Below are positions 44,669 through 55,531 of a stretch of 64,000 nt of DNA, piece after piece (positions within the stretch are counted from its first letter, which is position 1; each line of letters opens with the position of its first letter). The translations under genes and the position numbers were made by a program. The notes under the pieces were generated by a model that was not told the origin of the DNA, did not search any database, and saw only the letters and a list, made by a program, of their open reading frames with translations. The stretch is from Desulfuromonadales bacterium (lineage in GTDB: Bacteria > Desulfobacterota > Desulfuromonadia > Desulfuromonadales > SZUA-540). The stretch is from contig JAWSUS010000003.1 of the NCBI GenBank assembly GCA_033549025.1, positions 32,001 through 96,000 on the forward strand. Direction: 5' to 3'.

Positions 44669-47341
44669 TTAGTGGGCCTGCCGCCAGTTTTTGCCGACAC
44701 CGAGTTCGACCAGCAGCGGCACTTTGAGCGCCACCGCGCCCTCCATCTCCTCGCGCACCAGACGCTTGACCTGCTCCACCTCCTGCTCCGGCACGTCGAA
44801 GACCAGTTCATCGTGCACCTGCAGCACCATCGCTGCCTGCAGGCCCTCCTGACGCAGACGCGCGTAGATGCGCAGCATGGCGATCTTGACGATATCGGCC
44901 GCCGATCCCTGGATGGGGTAGTTGATGGCGTTGCGTTCGGCATAGCTGCGGATGGCGCCGTTTTTACTGTTGATCTCGGGCACGGCGCAGCGGCGGCCCA
45001 TCAGGGTCGAAACATAGAGTTTCTCGCGGGCCTCCTCCTTCTTCCCCTCCATGAAGGCCTTGATGCCGGGATAGCGGGCGAAGTAGTTGTCGATGAAGAG
45101 CTGGGCCTCGCGGGTGGGGATGCCCAGGTCTTTGCCAAGACTGAAGGCTCCCATCCCGTAGATGACGCCGAAGTTGATGGTCTTGGCCTGCCGCCGCATT
45201 TCCGCCGTCACCATTTCGGGGAAGACGCCGAAGACCTCGCTGGCCGTACGGCGATGGATATCCTCTCCCTGGGCAAAGCTCTCCTGCAGCACCGCCTCGT
45301 CGGCCATGTGGGCCAGCACCCGCAGCTCAATCTGGGAATAGTCGGCAGCCAGCAGCAGATTTCCCTCAGCCGGGATAAAGGCTTCGCGGAGACGACTCCC
45401 CTCTTCCGTGCGGATGGGGATGTTCTGCAGATTGGGATCGCTGGAAGAAAGCCGGCCCGTCGCGGTAACGGCCTGATTAAAAGAGGTGTGAATGCGCCCC
45501 GTCTCCGGGTTGACCAGTTTGGGCAGGGCATCGGCATAGGTTCCCTTGAGCTTGGCCAGCGAGCGGTAATCGAGAATTTTCGCCGCCACGGGATGATCCT
45601 CAGCCAGTTTGTTGAGCACCTCCACGTCCGTCGACCAGCCTGTCTTGGTCTTCTTCCCCTTGGGGAGCCCGAGACGCTCGAAAAGAACTTCGCCAAGCTG
45701 CTTGGGCGACCCGATATTGAAAGAACCACCGGCCAGCTCGAAAATCTCCTTTTCAAGGGCTGTCAGCTTCTTTTCCATCTCGGCGGAGAGGCGTTCCAGA
45801 AAACCCGTGTCGATGCGTATCCCGGTCCACTCCATGTCGGTCAGCACCTCGACCAGCGGCATCTCCATGTCCCGAAAGAGCGCCTCCTGCTCCGTCTCCT
45901 TCAGCTTCGGCTCCAGGACTTCGGCCAGACGCAGGGTGATATCGGCATCTTCGGCCGCATACACAATGGCTTTTTCCACCTCGACTTCCTCAAAACCGAT
46001 CTGCTTCTTGCCGCTGCCGGTCATCTCGGCGTAGCTGATGGTCTTGTGGCCGAGCAGTTCACTGGCCAGGGCATCCATACCGTGGCTCTTTGACGCCGGA
46101 TTGGTGAGGTAGGAGGCCAGCATGGTGTCGAAGGCGATCCCCTTGACCTGCACGCCGGCCCGCCGCAGCACCAGCGCATCGTACTTGATGTTCTGGCCGA
46201 TCTTGCCAAGGTTCGCATCCTCCAGCAGGGGCCTCAGCTTGTCCAGAACCTGGTCCCGCGCCAGCTGCTCGGGCGCCCCCAGATAACGATGGCCCACCGG
46301 GATATACCAGGCCTCTTCCGGTTCGATGGCAAAGGACAGGCCGACCAGGTCCGCCTGCACAGCGGTCAGACTGGTCGTCTCCGTGTCGAAGGCGAAGCGG
46401 GGGGCTTTTTTCAGGCGGGCAACGAGAGCATCGAGCTCCTTTTCATCCAGCACACCATGGTAGTTTTCCCCCGTGGCGCGGTTTTCGGTGGAGAACTCCT
46501 GAATCAGCTTGTGGAACTCCATCTCTTTAAAGATGGCAGTCAGGGCTTGCCGGTTGGGTTCGGAAAGGGAAAAATTGTCGTAATCCACCGCGAGAGGCAC
46601 GTCATCGACCAAGGTCACCAGCTTTTTGGACAGCAGCGCCTGTTCGCCAAATTCGCGCAGTTTTTCCTGCATCTTCCCTTTGACTTCGTCGACCCGGGTC
46701 AGCAATTCTTCGACGGAGCCGAACTCCTGGATCAGTTTTACCGCCGTCTTCTCGCCGATGCCGGGCACACCGGGAACGTTGTCCGAACTGTCGCCGGCCA
46801 GGGCCTGCACCTCGATTACCTTTTCAGGCGGGCCGCCGAAACGCTCCAGCACCTCGGCCGGGCCGGAGACCTTGTCCTTCATGGTGTCGAGCAGACGCAC
46901 GCGATCATTGACGATCTGCATGAGATCCTTGTCGCCGGTGACCACGGTAACGTCCATCCCCTCGGCGGCAAAGCGCCGCGCCAGCGTGGCGATGATATCG
47001 TCCGCCTCGAACCCCTCCTTTTCGATGGCCGGCATGTTGAAGGCCCGCACCACGTCCTTGATCACCGGAATCTGCGGCACCAGATCTTCGGGCATTTTGG
47101 CCCGGTTCGCCTTGTACGCACCGTAGATCTCTTTGCGAAAAGTCGGGCCGGGGGCATCGAAGACCACGGCCAGATGATCGGGCTCCTCCTCCCGCACCAC
47201 CTTGAGCAGCATATTGATGAAACCGTAGACGGCGTTGGTGGCGAATCCCTTGGAATTGGACAGATGCCGGATGGCAAAATAGGCCCTGTAGATGTACGAT
47301 GAGCCATCGATGAGATAAAGACGTTTGGGCTGTGATGTCAT
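44669..47341 (-). CDS. polA: DNA polymerase I
   Basis: 5'-3' exo (IDGSSY.YRAY), 3'-5' exo (FDTET), and polymerase motifs DYSQIELR, KTINFG, QVHDEL. Confidence 0.99.
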   Translation of the reverse strand: MTSQPKRLYLIDGSSYIYRAYFAIRHLSNSKGFATNAVYGFINMLLKVVREEEPDHLAVVFDAPGPTFRKEIYGAYKANRAKMPEDLVPQIPVIKDVVRAFNMPAIEKEGFEADDIIATLARRFAAEGMDVTVVTGDKDLMQIVNDRVRLLDTMKDKVSGPAEVLERFGGPPEKVIEVQALAGDSSDNVPGVPGIGEKTAVKLIQEFGSVEELLTRVDEVKGKMQEKLREFGEQALLSKKLVTLVDDVPLAVDYDNFSLSEPNRQALTAIFKEMEFHKLIQEFSTENRATGENYHGVLDEKELDALVARLKKAPRFAFDTETTSLTAVQADLVGLSFAIEPEEAWYIPVGHRYLGAPEQLARDQVLDKLRPLLEDANLGKIGQNIKYDALVLRRAGVQVKGIAFDTMLASYLTNPASKSHGMDALASELLGHKTISYAEMTGSGKKQIGFEEVEVEKAIVYAAEDADITLRLAEVLEPKLKETEQEALFRDMEMPLVEVLTDMEWTGIRIDTGFLERLSAEMEKKLTALEKEIFELAGGSFNIGSPKQLGEVLFERLGLPKGKKTKTGWSTDVEVLNKLAEDHPVAAKILDYRSLAKLKGTYADALPKLVNPETGRIHTSFNQAVTATGRLSSSDPNLQNIPIRTEEGSRLREAFIPAEGNLLLAADYSQIELRVLAHMADEAVLQESFAQGEDIHRRTASEVFGVFPEMVTAEMRRQAKTINFGVIYGMGAFSLGKDLGIPTREAQLFIDNYFARYPGIKAFMEGKKEEAREKLYVSTLMGRRCAVPEINSKNGAIRSYAERNAINYPIQGSAADIVKIAMLRIYARLRQEGLQAAMVLQVHDELVFDVPEQEVEQVKRLVREEMEGAVALKVPLLVELGVGKNWRQAH

Positions 47342-47605
47342 TGGGTATCCTCCCGGTCAGAAGCGCCAGACATTTTGACATTTCTCGAGGCAAAAACCAA
47401 CCGTTTAACCAAAGGCGTGTTTTTGTTTGGAACAACCTGCCGATTTCGCACTTTTTTCTCTCATTAAAAACACCGTTCGTTTTTGCTGCAAAAAAGTCGT
47501 GAGGAAAAACCCTTGCATTTTCAAGATTCTTCCATAATATAAAGGCGTTAGACGATGACCATCCCGCACTGTATCGCTATATAACGATTTACCATCGGAC
47601 CCTTC

Positions 47606-48517
47606 ATGCTTGTCATCCTGCAACGCTATTATCGCGAGTTCATTCTGCTGCTGGTGGCCCTGCTGGGGCTGTCCCTCGGAAAGCTGGCTGCGGACGGTAT
47701 CGGCATCTTCGTCAGCCCCCCAATCATCACGGCCCAAGGTGCCGCCCCGCCAGCCCCGACAAGAGAGCGGCAGGCGGCGCTGTCCGACTACGAAGGCATT
47801 CTCGTCCGCAATATTTTTGATTCCTCGGGCAGCAGCCCAGTAGTCTCTTTTCAGAACACAACCCGCGCCGCAACCTCCGCCTCTGCCACGGCCTCGACGG
47901 CCCCCGCCACCCGCGGCAGTCTGACCCTGATAGGCACCGTGGCGCGCGGACCCGAATCCCTCGCCCTTATCCAGGCCAACAACGAAATCGAAATTTTTCG
48001 TCTGGATGACAGTCTGCCCGGCAATGGCCGGCTGGAAGAGATCACCCGGGACGCCGTCACCGTCCGTTACCCTGACGGTTCACGGGAAACCCTCGTAATC
48101 CACCAGGAGGGACAAAAGGCCCAGCCCCAAACGGCCAGCCCTGCCCCTACCGCCAAGCGCGCCGGGGCCGACGACTACCAGGTCAGGGCCGTGGGCGACA
48201 ACAAGTGGGCCATCCCCCGCCAGCAGGCAGAACGGGCACGCCAGAACATCGGCGAACTGCTGCAGCAGGCCCGCATGGAACCACGCCTCATCGATGGTAA
48301 GACAGCGGGTTTTGCCGTCAAAATGATCCGCCCCAACTCTATTTTGGCCCAAATGGGTCTGCAGCTGGGGGATGTCGTCATCGAGGTGAACGGCGTCACG
48401 CTGGACAGCCCGGAAAAAGCCCTGCAGATCTTTCAGCAGCTACGCGAAGCCAAAAACATTGTCGTCGGTCTGGAGCGCAATGGCCAGCCGATGAATTTCG
48501 CCTATGAAGTCAATTAG
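47606..48517 (+). CDS. gspC: type II secretion system protein C (HR + PDZ)
   Basis: N-terminal TM, RNIF, LTLIGTV and a C-terminal PDZ (GLQLGDVVIEVNG). Confidence 0.88.
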   Translation: MLVILQRYYREFILLLVALLGLSLGKLAADGIGIFVSPPIITAQGAAPPAPTRERQAALSDYEGILVRNIFDSSGSSPVVSFQNTTRAATSASATASTAPATRGSLTLIGTVARGPESLALIQANNEIEIFRLDDSLPGNGRLEEITRDAVTVRYPDGSRETLVIHQEGQKAQPQTASPAPTAKRAGADDYQVRAVGDNKWAIPRQQAERARQNIGELLQQARMEPRLIDGKTAGFAVKMIRPNSILAQMGLQLGDVVIEVNGVTLDSPEKALQIFQQLREAKNIVVGLERNGQPMNFAYEVN

Positions 48518-48530
48518 GAGGCCAACCCAG

Positions 48531-50603
48531 GTGTTAAAAAAATCGTTGATCCGGTGGTCCTTTCTTCTTTGCCTGCTCTTTATCTGGCACCTTCCCGTCC
48601 TGGCGGCTGCACAGCCCGAGGCGACCGAGGAAAGTCAGGATCCCAACATGGTATCCCTGAACTTCAAGGACATCGAGCTGCCAGACCTCATTCGCACCGT
48701 CAGTGAGGTGACCGGCATGAACTTCGTCTATGACGAATCGGTGCGTGGCAAAGTGACCATTATCTCGCCGGACCTGATGTCGATCAACGACGCGTTCCAG
48801 CTTTTTCTCACCGTGCTCAACACCAAGGGCTACACGGTGGTGCCGTCGGGCAAGACCAATAAAATTGTCGCCATCAAGGATGCCAAGGAAAGCAACCTGC
48901 CCACCATCGGCCCCGGCGTGCGGGGAGAGATCAACGAGAAATACGTCACTCGCCTGATCACGCTGAAAAATATCGACGCCAGCGAACTGGCCACTACCGT
49001 ACTGGCGCCTCTGATTCCCAAGACGAGCAGTATCGTCGCTTTCCCGGCTTCGAACACCCTGGTCATCACGGACAGCGCCGCCAACATCTCCCGGCTTACC
49101 CGCATCGCCCGGGAACTGGACGTCCCCAGCTCGCTGGACATGCTCGATGTCATCCCTCTGGTTTACGCCGGGGCCGACGAGGTCGCTCAACTCGCCACCC
49201 AGATCCTCTCCGAAGGGGGGGCCAGTCCCGTGGCGCGGCGCCGGGCGGCCGGCAACGTGCAGACCGCCGGCGGCAAAGAGGTCAGCAAAGTGCTGCCCTA
49301 CGCCCGCGGCAACCTGCTTATCGTCATGGCCAGTCAGGAAGACATGACGATGATCCGCGACCTGATTGCCAAACTGGACCAGAAGCCGGTCCAGGACCGT
49401 TCCGGCATCAACGTCTACTATCTGAAAAACGCCGACGCCGAGACCCTGGCCAAAACCCTCAACGAGATCGTCACCGGCATCAAAGCCCAGGAGAAGGCCC
49501 AGCCGGGAACTCCACAGACGCCGACGCCCCAGACCGGCGCCACCAGCATTATTGCCGACAAGCCGACCAACTCCCTCATCATCAATGCTTCGCCGGAAGA
49601 CTACGAGGTGCTTAAAGGCATCATCAGCCAGCTCGATATCAAGCGCAAACAGGTGTTCGTCGAGGCCCTCATTCTCGAGCTGTCCATGGACGCCACCCGG
49701 GCTCTGGGCGTCTCCCTGCAAGGGGCCATCGACACCGGCTCGGACAGCGCCGTCTTCGCCTCGACAGGGCCCTCAGCGGCGGCTGAGTTAATTCCCGACG
49801 AAAATGGTTACACTGGCATTCTCACCAAGGCTGTCAATGGCATCATGATGGGCGGGCTGTTCAACACCATCACGGTCACCGACCCCAACGACAGCAGCAA
49901 AACCATCACGGTGCCGGCCCTGTCGGCGCTGATCAACCTGTCCAAGACCGACGGTGACGTCAACATCCTGTCGGCACCGCGCCTGCTGACTTCTGACAAC
50001 GAGGAAGCCGAAATCATCGTCGGCTCCAATGTCCCCATTATTACCAACCGGCTCACGGACGCCGGCGGCAGCTCGCTGGCACAAAGCGTCTCCGTCGAGC
50101 GCAAGGACGTCGCCCTGACCCTGCGCCTGACGCCGCAGATCATCCAAGACAACCTGGTGCGCCTCAACGTCTATCAGGAGATCACCGATCTGGCCACCGC
50201 CAATGTTGGCAACGTCAATGATGTCGGCCCGACTTTGACCAAGCGCCTGCTCCGCAACACCGTGCTGGCCGAAAACGGCCGCACCGTCGCCCTGGGCGGC
50301 CTCATCAAGAGCGACGTTCAGCAATCGGTGACCAAAGTGCCCTTACTGGGGGACATCCCTCTGCTCGGCTGGCTTTTCAAAAGCAAAACCAATTCCGAGA
50401 AGAAGACCAATCTGCTGCTTTTCGTCACCCCGCGCATTATCAATGACGCCAACGACTTGGCCCAGGTGACGCGTCGAGCCAAGCACCAGATGGACCAGTT
50501 CAAGGAGGGCAATATCGCCCCTGTGCTCCCGGCCGAACTGCCACAGGCTTTGCCTGTCGATCCCGACAGCCTGCAACAAGCCCCTCAAGACCCCTGGGAA
50601 TAG
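48531..50603 (+). CDS. gspD: type II secretion secretin D
   Basis: SLNFKD, N-domain repeats, QVFVEA, NILSAP..LTSDNEEA and KVPLLGDIPLLG; GTG start after AGGAGG. Confidence 0.95.
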   Translation: MLKKSLIRWSFLLCLLFIWHLPVLAAAQPEATEESQDPNMVSLNFKDIELPDLIRTVSEVTGMNFVYDESVRGKVTIISPDLMSINDAFQLFLTVLNTKGYTVVPSGKTNKIVAIKDAKESNLPTIGPGVRGEINEKYVTRLITLKNIDASELATTVLAPLIPKTSSIVAFPASNTLVITDSAANISRLTRIARELDVPSSLDMLDVIPLVYAGADEVAQLATQILSEGGASPVARRRAAGNVQTAGGKEVSKVLPYARGNLLIVMASQEDMTMIRDLIAKLDQKPVQDRSGINVYYLKNADAETLAKTLNEIVTGIKAQEKAQPGTPQTPTPQTGATSIIADKPTNSLIINASPEDYEVLKGIISQLDIKRKQVFVEALILELSMDATRALGVSLQGAIDTGSDSAVFASTGPSAAAELIPDENGYTGILTKAVNGIMMGGLFNTITVTDPNDSSKTITVPALSALINLSKTDGDVNILSAPRLLTSDNEEAEIIVGSNVPIITNRLTDAGGSSLAQSVSVERKDVALTLRLTPQIIQDNLVRLNVYQEITDLATANVGNVNDVGPTLTKRLLRNTVLAENGRTVALGGLIKSDVQQSVTKVPLLGDIPLLGWLFKSKTNSEKKTNLLLFVTPRIINDANDLAQVTRRAKHQMDQFKEGNIAPVLPAELPQALPVDPDSLQQAPQDPWE

Positions 50604-50609
50604 TGACGA

Positions 50610-52346
50610 ATGAGCACTCTGGGCAGTCATAAAGGAACCGTGGGGACCACGGCATGGCGTGCACTGGCGGTCATCCTGCAGGAAGATTTCGCCGTGCCCG
50701 CCGAGAAAATCCGGGAGGCCGACGAGGCCCGCCAGGAGAGCGGCAGGCGGCTGGGAGAGACCCTGCTGGCCATGAAGGTTATTACCCCGGCCATCCTCAG
50801 CCGGGCGCTGGCCAGCCAGCGTGGGCTGGAATTTCTGGAAGCCATCCCCGACAGCGGCACTGATGCCGACCTGCTCAACCTCGTCCCCATCGCCTTTGCC
50901 AAGGAATATCGGGTTTTTCCCCTGGCGCGACGAGAGGGGTATCTGCGGGTGGCCGTGGCCGATCCGGCCGACAGCCGCCCCCTGAACGATCTCGCCGCCC
51001 TGACCCGGGAGGCCATCGAGGTGGTAGTGGCCGCGCCCGAGGAAATTCTGCGGGCCGTCAATCAGGCCTATGAGCGCCGGGCCGGTGAAGCGCAGGAAGT
51101 CATCGAGGACATCGAGGAAGGATTTGGCGGCGACCTCGCCCGTAACCTGGAGCCGGCCGACCTGCTCGACGCCTCCGACGAGGCGCCGGTCATCCGCTTC
51201 GTCAACAGCCTGATTACCCAGGCCTACAAGGAGCGGGCCAGCGATATCCATATCGAACCCTTTGAGACCAGCCTGGTCGTGCGCTACCGCATCGACGGCA
51301 TTCTTTACGAGGTCTTGCAGCCGCCGCACAAGGCCCAGGCCAGCATCACCTCGCGCATCAAGATCATGTCCGGTCTGAATATTGCCGAAAAGCGGCTGCC
51401 GCAGGATGGCCGTTTCCGTGTGCGCATCGCCGGCAAGGATGTGGACGTGCGCGTCTCGACCCTGCCAACGGCTTTCGGAGAACGGGTAGTGCTAAGGCTG
51501 CTGGACAAAGCGTCCAACGTGTTGAGCCTGGAAGAGATCGGCATGGATCCGCCCATGCTCAAGCAGGTCAACGCCATGATCCACAAAAGTCACGGCATCT
51601 TCCTGGTGACCGGCCCTACCGGCTCGGGCAAGACGACGACCCTCTACGCCGCCCTCACCCGTCTCAACAGCCGGGAAAAGAACATCATCACCGTCGAGGA
51701 TCCCATCGAGTACCAGCTGGCGGGCGTCGGGCAGATTCAGGTCAACGCCAAAATCAATCTAACCTTCGCCAACGGCCTGCGCGCCATTCTACGCCAGGAC
51801 CCCGACATCATCATGGTCGGCGAGATTCGCGACCGGGAGACGGCCGAAATCGCCGTGCAGTCGGCCCTGACCGGCCACATGGTCTTTTCGACCCTGCACA
51901 CCAACGACTCCGCCGGCGCCCTGACCCGCCTGGTGGAGATGGGGATCGAGCCCTTTCTGGCGGCTTCGTCCATCGTCGGCATTCTGGCCCAGCGTCTGGT
52001 GCGGCGCATCTGCCCCCACTGCCGCGAGCCCCATCCCCCCTCCATGGAGCGATTCACCGAGATGGGCCTCGCCGCCAGTCTGCCCGCTAACGCCACCTTT
52101 TACCATGGCCGCGGCTGTGAGAAATGCATGGACATCGGCTACCGAGGCCGCAGCGGCATCTACGAGCTGCTGCCTGTCGACGAACCGGTGCGGGAGCTGC
52201 TGCTGCAGAACAAGGATTCGGCCAGCATCCGCAACGTGGCCATCCAGCGCGGCATGAGTACCCTGTGGGATTCGGGCATTGCCCGCGCCCTGGAAGGCGA
52301 GACCACCCTTGAGGAAGTCCTGCGCGTCACCCAGGAGGAAGTGTAG
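50610..52346 (+). CDS. gspE: type II secretion ATPase E
   Basis: ASDIHIEP, GPTGSGKT, LRQDPDIIMVGEIRD and the CPHC...CEKC tetracysteine motif. Confidence 0.96.
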   Translation: MSTLGSHKGTVGTTAWRALAVILQEDFAVPAEKIREADEARQESGRRLGETLLAMKVITPAILSRALASQRGLEFLEAIPDSGTDADLLNLVPIAFAKEYRVFPLARREGYLRVAVADPADSRPLNDLAALTREAIEVVVAAPEEILRAVNQAYERRAGEAQEVIEDIEEGFGGDLARNLEPADLLDASDEAPVIRFVNSLITQAYKERASDIHIEPFETSLVVRYRIDGILYEVLQPPHKAQASITSRIKIMSGLNIAEKRLPQDGRFRVRIAGKDVDVRVSTLPTAFGERVVLRLLDKASNVLSLEEIGMDPPMLKQVNAMIHKSHGIFLVTGPTGSGKTTTLYAALTRLNSREKNIITVEDPIEYQLAGVGQIQVNAKINLTFANGLRAILRQDPDIIMVGEIRDRETAEIAVQSALTGHMVFSTLHTNDSAGALTRLVEMGIEPFLAASSIVGILAQRLVRRICPHCREPHPPSMERFTEMGLAASLPANATFYHGRGCEKCMDIGYRGRSGIYELLPVDEPVRELLLQNKDSASIRNVAIQRGMSTLWDSGIARALEGETTLEEVLRVTQEEV

Positions 52347-52348
52347 CC

Positions 52349-53569
52349 GTGCCTCTGTTCGAGTACACCGGTTTTGACGCCCGAGGAAAAAAGGTGAACG
52401 GCGTGATCGAGGCTTCCGGCAAAAAGCTGGGATTGCAGAAGCTGCGCGAGCAGGGGATCTACGCGACCGATCTGAAGGAAGAGAAAACCGGCAGGGGCGA
52501 GAAGGCCAAACGATCGCTGACGCTCTTTAAAAGCAGCGTGTCGACCATGGAACTGGCCGCCGCCACCCGCCAGATGGCCACCCTGCTCGGCGCCGGTCTG
52601 CCGCTGGACGAAACCCTGCAGACCGTCAGCTCGCAGTTGGAGAACCCGACCCTGGGCCGCACCCTCTCCCGCGTGCGTGAAGAGGTGGTCCGCGGCGAAT
52701 CGCTGCATCAGAGCCTGGCCAGCGAAGGACGGGTCTTCCCCGAACTCTATGTCAACATGATCGAGGTCGGCGAAAACAGCGGCACCCTGGAGCAGGTCCT
52801 GCAGCGCCTGGCCGATTTTCTGGAAGAGCAGGTCCGCATGAAGAGCCGACTGCGCGCCGCCCTCGCCTACCCCATCCTCATGGCTCTCATTGGCAGCGGC
52901 GTCCTCGTCTTTCTGGTGACCTTCGTCGTTCCCAAGGTCACCCGTATGCTGGAGGATCTGGGGCAATCCCTGCCCTGGCCGACCCTGCTTCTCATCCGCG
53001 GCAGCGATCTGCTCGTCGATTATGCCTGGCTTATTCTGGCCCTGCTGGCCGCCGCCGTCTTCGCCTTTTTGCGGTATCGCCGCACGGAACGGGGGCGCTG
53101 GCAGCTGCACCGCCTTGCCCTGTCGATCCCCGTGGTCGGCCGTCTGAATCTGCTGGTGGCCACCTCGCGGTTCGCCCGCACCCTGGGCACCCTACTGCAG
53201 AGCGGATTGCCCCTGCTGGCAGCTCTCGACATCACCCGCAATCTGCTGCAGAACCAGCTGCTGCGCGAAGCCCTGGAGGATACCGCCGCCGCCGTACGGG
53301 AGGGTGAAGGGCTCTCCGCCCCTCTCAAGCGGGCCGCGGTCTTTCCCCCCATGCTCACTCAGATGACTGCCGTCGGCGAACGAAGCGGCGACATGGAAAC
53401 CATGCTTTTTCGCGTGGCCGACGCCTACGACCACGAAGTGGAACTGGCGATTACCGGTGCCCTGTCCCTGCTTGAACCGCTGATGATTCTTCTGATGGGA
53501 ACCGTCGTCGGCTTTATCGTCATGGCCATCCTGCTACCCATTTTTCAGGCCAGCCAGGGAATCGGCTGA
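52349..53569 (+). CDS. gspF: type II secretion inner-membrane protein F
   Basis: RQMATLL.AGLPL, GENSGTL, ALAYP, GERSG and LEPLMI motifs. Confidence 0.96.
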   Translation: MPLFEYTGFDARGKKVNGVIEASGKKLGLQKLREQGIYATDLKEEKTGRGEKAKRSLTLFKSSVSTMELAAATRQMATLLGAGLPLDETLQTVSSQLENPTLGRTLSRVREEVVRGESLHQSLASEGRVFPELYVNMIEVGENSGTLEQVLQRLADFLEEQVRMKSRLRAALAYPILMALIGSGVLVFLVTFVVPKVTRMLEDLGQSLPWPTLLLIRGSDLLVDYAWLILALLAAAVFAFLRYRRTERGRWQLHRLALSIPVVGRLNLLVATSRFARTLGTLLQSGLPLLAALDITRNLLQNQLLREALEDTAAAVREGEGLSAPLKRAAVFPPMLTQMTAVGERSGDMETMLFRVADAYDHEVELAITGALSLLEPLMILLMGTVVGFIVMAILLPIFQASQGIG

Positions 53570-53629
53570 GAAGAACCACTACCAGAGGATTTACAAGGGC
53601 CTGAAAAACCAGGCCGGAAGGAGATAATC

Positions 53630-54070
53630 ATGAAACGCTCAACCTTAAGGAATCAGCGGGGTTTTACCCTCATCGAAATCATGGTCGTGGTCGTTATCCT
53701 CGGCATCCTGGCGGGCATCGTCGTGCCGCAGCTTCTGGACCGCCCCGAGGAGGCGCGACGCACCAAAGCCGCCGTACAGATCAAGAGCATGGAAGAGGCC
53801 CTGGCCCTTTACAAGCTCGACAACGGGAACTTCCCCTCGACGGAGCAGGGGCTGGCCGCTTTGGCCCAAAAGCCGGAAATCGGACTGATCCCCACCCGCT
53901 ACCGGGAAGGGGGCTACCTGAAAAAGATTCCGCAGGATCCCTGGAACAACAACTACGTCTACCTGTCGCCGGGCACCCGCGGCGACTATGACCTGCTCTC
54001 CTATGGGGCCGACGGCGAACCGGGAGGCGAAGGGAAAAATGCCGACATTACCAACTGGGACCTCGAATAA
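53630..54070 (+). CDS. gspG: major pseudopilin G
   Basis: GFTLIEIMVV prepilin site; YKLDNG.FPSTEQGL, DPW and SYGADG motifs. Confidence 0.97.
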   Translation: MKRSTLRNQRGFTLIEIMVVVVILGILAGIVVPQLLDRPEEARRTKAAVQIKSMEEALALYKLDNGNFPSTEQGLAALAQKPEIGLIPTRYREGGYLKKIPQDPWNNNYVYLSPGTRGDYDLLSYGADGEPGGEGKNADITNWDLE

Positions 54071-54557
54071 CGCGCGTGGCTTCACGCTCATCGAGCTGTC
54101 CATCGTCGTTTTTCTGCTGGCTCTCTTCGCCTCCATGACCTTCCCCATGCTGACGGGGGTCGGCCAGAACGACCTCGACGCCTCGGCCCGCCGCCTGGCC
54201 GGCACGGTTAAATATCTGTTCAATGAAGCGGCCTTGGAGGGGCGGGAGTACCGACTGGTCTTCGACCTGGGGCAGTCGAGCTACAAGGCCCAGCGACTGG
54301 AGACGGACGGCACCCTGACGGAGGCCGACCGCTTCGGCAAAGAGACCCGGCTCAAAGGGGATGCCCGCTTTCAGGATATCTTTATCACCGGGGCGGGAGG
54401 CCGCTCTTCGGGCGAGGTGACCGCCCGCATCTTTCCCGTGGGATGGATGGAGGAGACCATCATCCATCTGCAGGACGACCAGAAGCGAACCCTGACTCTG
54501 CGGATCAGGCCTTTCACGGCCGAAACGGAAGTGCATGAAGGTTACCGGGAATTCTGA
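54039..54557 (+). CDS. gspH: minor pseudopilin H
   Basis: RGFTLIELSIVV prepilin motif; position after gspG; start overlaps the gspG end. Confidence 0.8.
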   Translation: MPTLPTGTSNNARGFTLIELSIVVFLLALFASMTFPMLTGVGQNDLDASARRLAGTVKYLFNEAALEGREYRLVFDLGQSSYKAQRLETDGTLTEADRFGKETRLKGDARFQDIFITGAGGRSSGEVTARIFPVGWMEETIIHLQDDQKRTLTLRIRPFTAETEVHEGYREF

Positions 54558-54915
54558 GGCGGGGTTCACCCTGCTCGAAGTCATGATCGCCCTGGCCATC
54601 GTCAGCGTCGCCCTGGTGACGCTGCTGACCCTGGGCAATCGTTCCATCGCCGTGCATGGACGCCTGCAGCACACCACCCAGGCCACGCTGCTGGCGCAGC
54701 AGAGGATGGCCCAGATCGAAGTCGAGGCCGAGCAGGGCACCTTACAGGTGCGTGAGGATGAAGCCCCCTTCGAGGAGCCCTTCGCCGACTACCGCTGGCA
54801 GGTGACCTACAGCGACACGCCCCTGCCTTCCGTGAAAATGGTGACGGTGGCGGTCCTGTGGGGCGAGGCGACCCGCCAGGAGGGGGTTGAGCTGAACTCC
54901 TTTATTTTTGACTGA
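54535..54915 (+). CDS. gspI: minor pseudopilin I
   Basis: AGFTLLEVMIALAI motif. Confidence 0.88.
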   Translation: MKVTGNSEAGFTLLEVMIALAIVSVALVTLLTLGNRSIAVHGRLQHTTQATLLAQQRMAQIEVEAEQGTLQVREDEAPFEEPFADYRWQVTYSDTPLPSVKMVTVAVLWGEATRQEGVELNSFIFD

Positions 54916-54925
54916 TGGTGACGTA

Positions 54926-55531
54926 ATGCCTGGACGCCAAGCGGGGTTCACCCTCATCGAAATCACGATCGCCGTGGCCATCGCCGCCACGGTCATGCTG
55001 ACCATCTACGGTGTTTTCAGTTCGGTCAGCTCCGCCAAGGAGCGCGTAGAGGCGGACAGCGCCGCCTACCACCAGGCCAGAGTGCTCTGCGATCGCCTCG
55101 GCAAGGAAATCCGCGGCACCTATTTGCGCCAGGAAAACCCGAAAACCCTCTTCGTCCTGGAGAAGAACGAGGACAACCTGCCGCGGTTGACCCTGTCCAC
55201 CACCGCCAGTACGCCCCAGGGAGGCGCCGGCGGCATCGTCGTTGTCCGCTACGACGTGCGCCCCGACCCCGACAGCGAAGAAGGAGACCGGGCCCTGTTC
55301 CGCAGCGAATACCCGCTGTTCCACCCGGAAGGGACCGAGCAGACCTTCTACCGGCTGGCGTCAGGCATTGAAGACTTTCAGATCCGTTGTTTTGCCGACG
55401 GCATCTGGCACGAAGACTGGCAACAGGGATTGCCGCAGATCCTCGAAATCAACTTTCACCTGCGCCTCGGCGATCGCACGATCCCCTTCACCACGGCTTT
55501 TGAACTGCAGGGTAGCCGGAGTCAGGGATGA
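54926..55531 (+). CDS. gspJ: minor pseudopilin J
   Basis: AGFTLIEITIAVAI motif; gene order. Confidence 0.85.
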   Translation: MPGRQAGFTLIEITIAVAIAATVMLTIYGVFSSVSSAKERVEADSAAYHQARVLCDRLGKEIRGTYLRQENPKTLFVLEKNEDNLPRLTLSTTASTPQGGAGGIVVVRYDVRPDPDSEEGDRALFRSEYPLFHPEGTEQTFYRLASGIEDFQIRCFADGIWHEDWQQGLPQILEINFHLRLGDRTIPFTTAFELQGSRSQG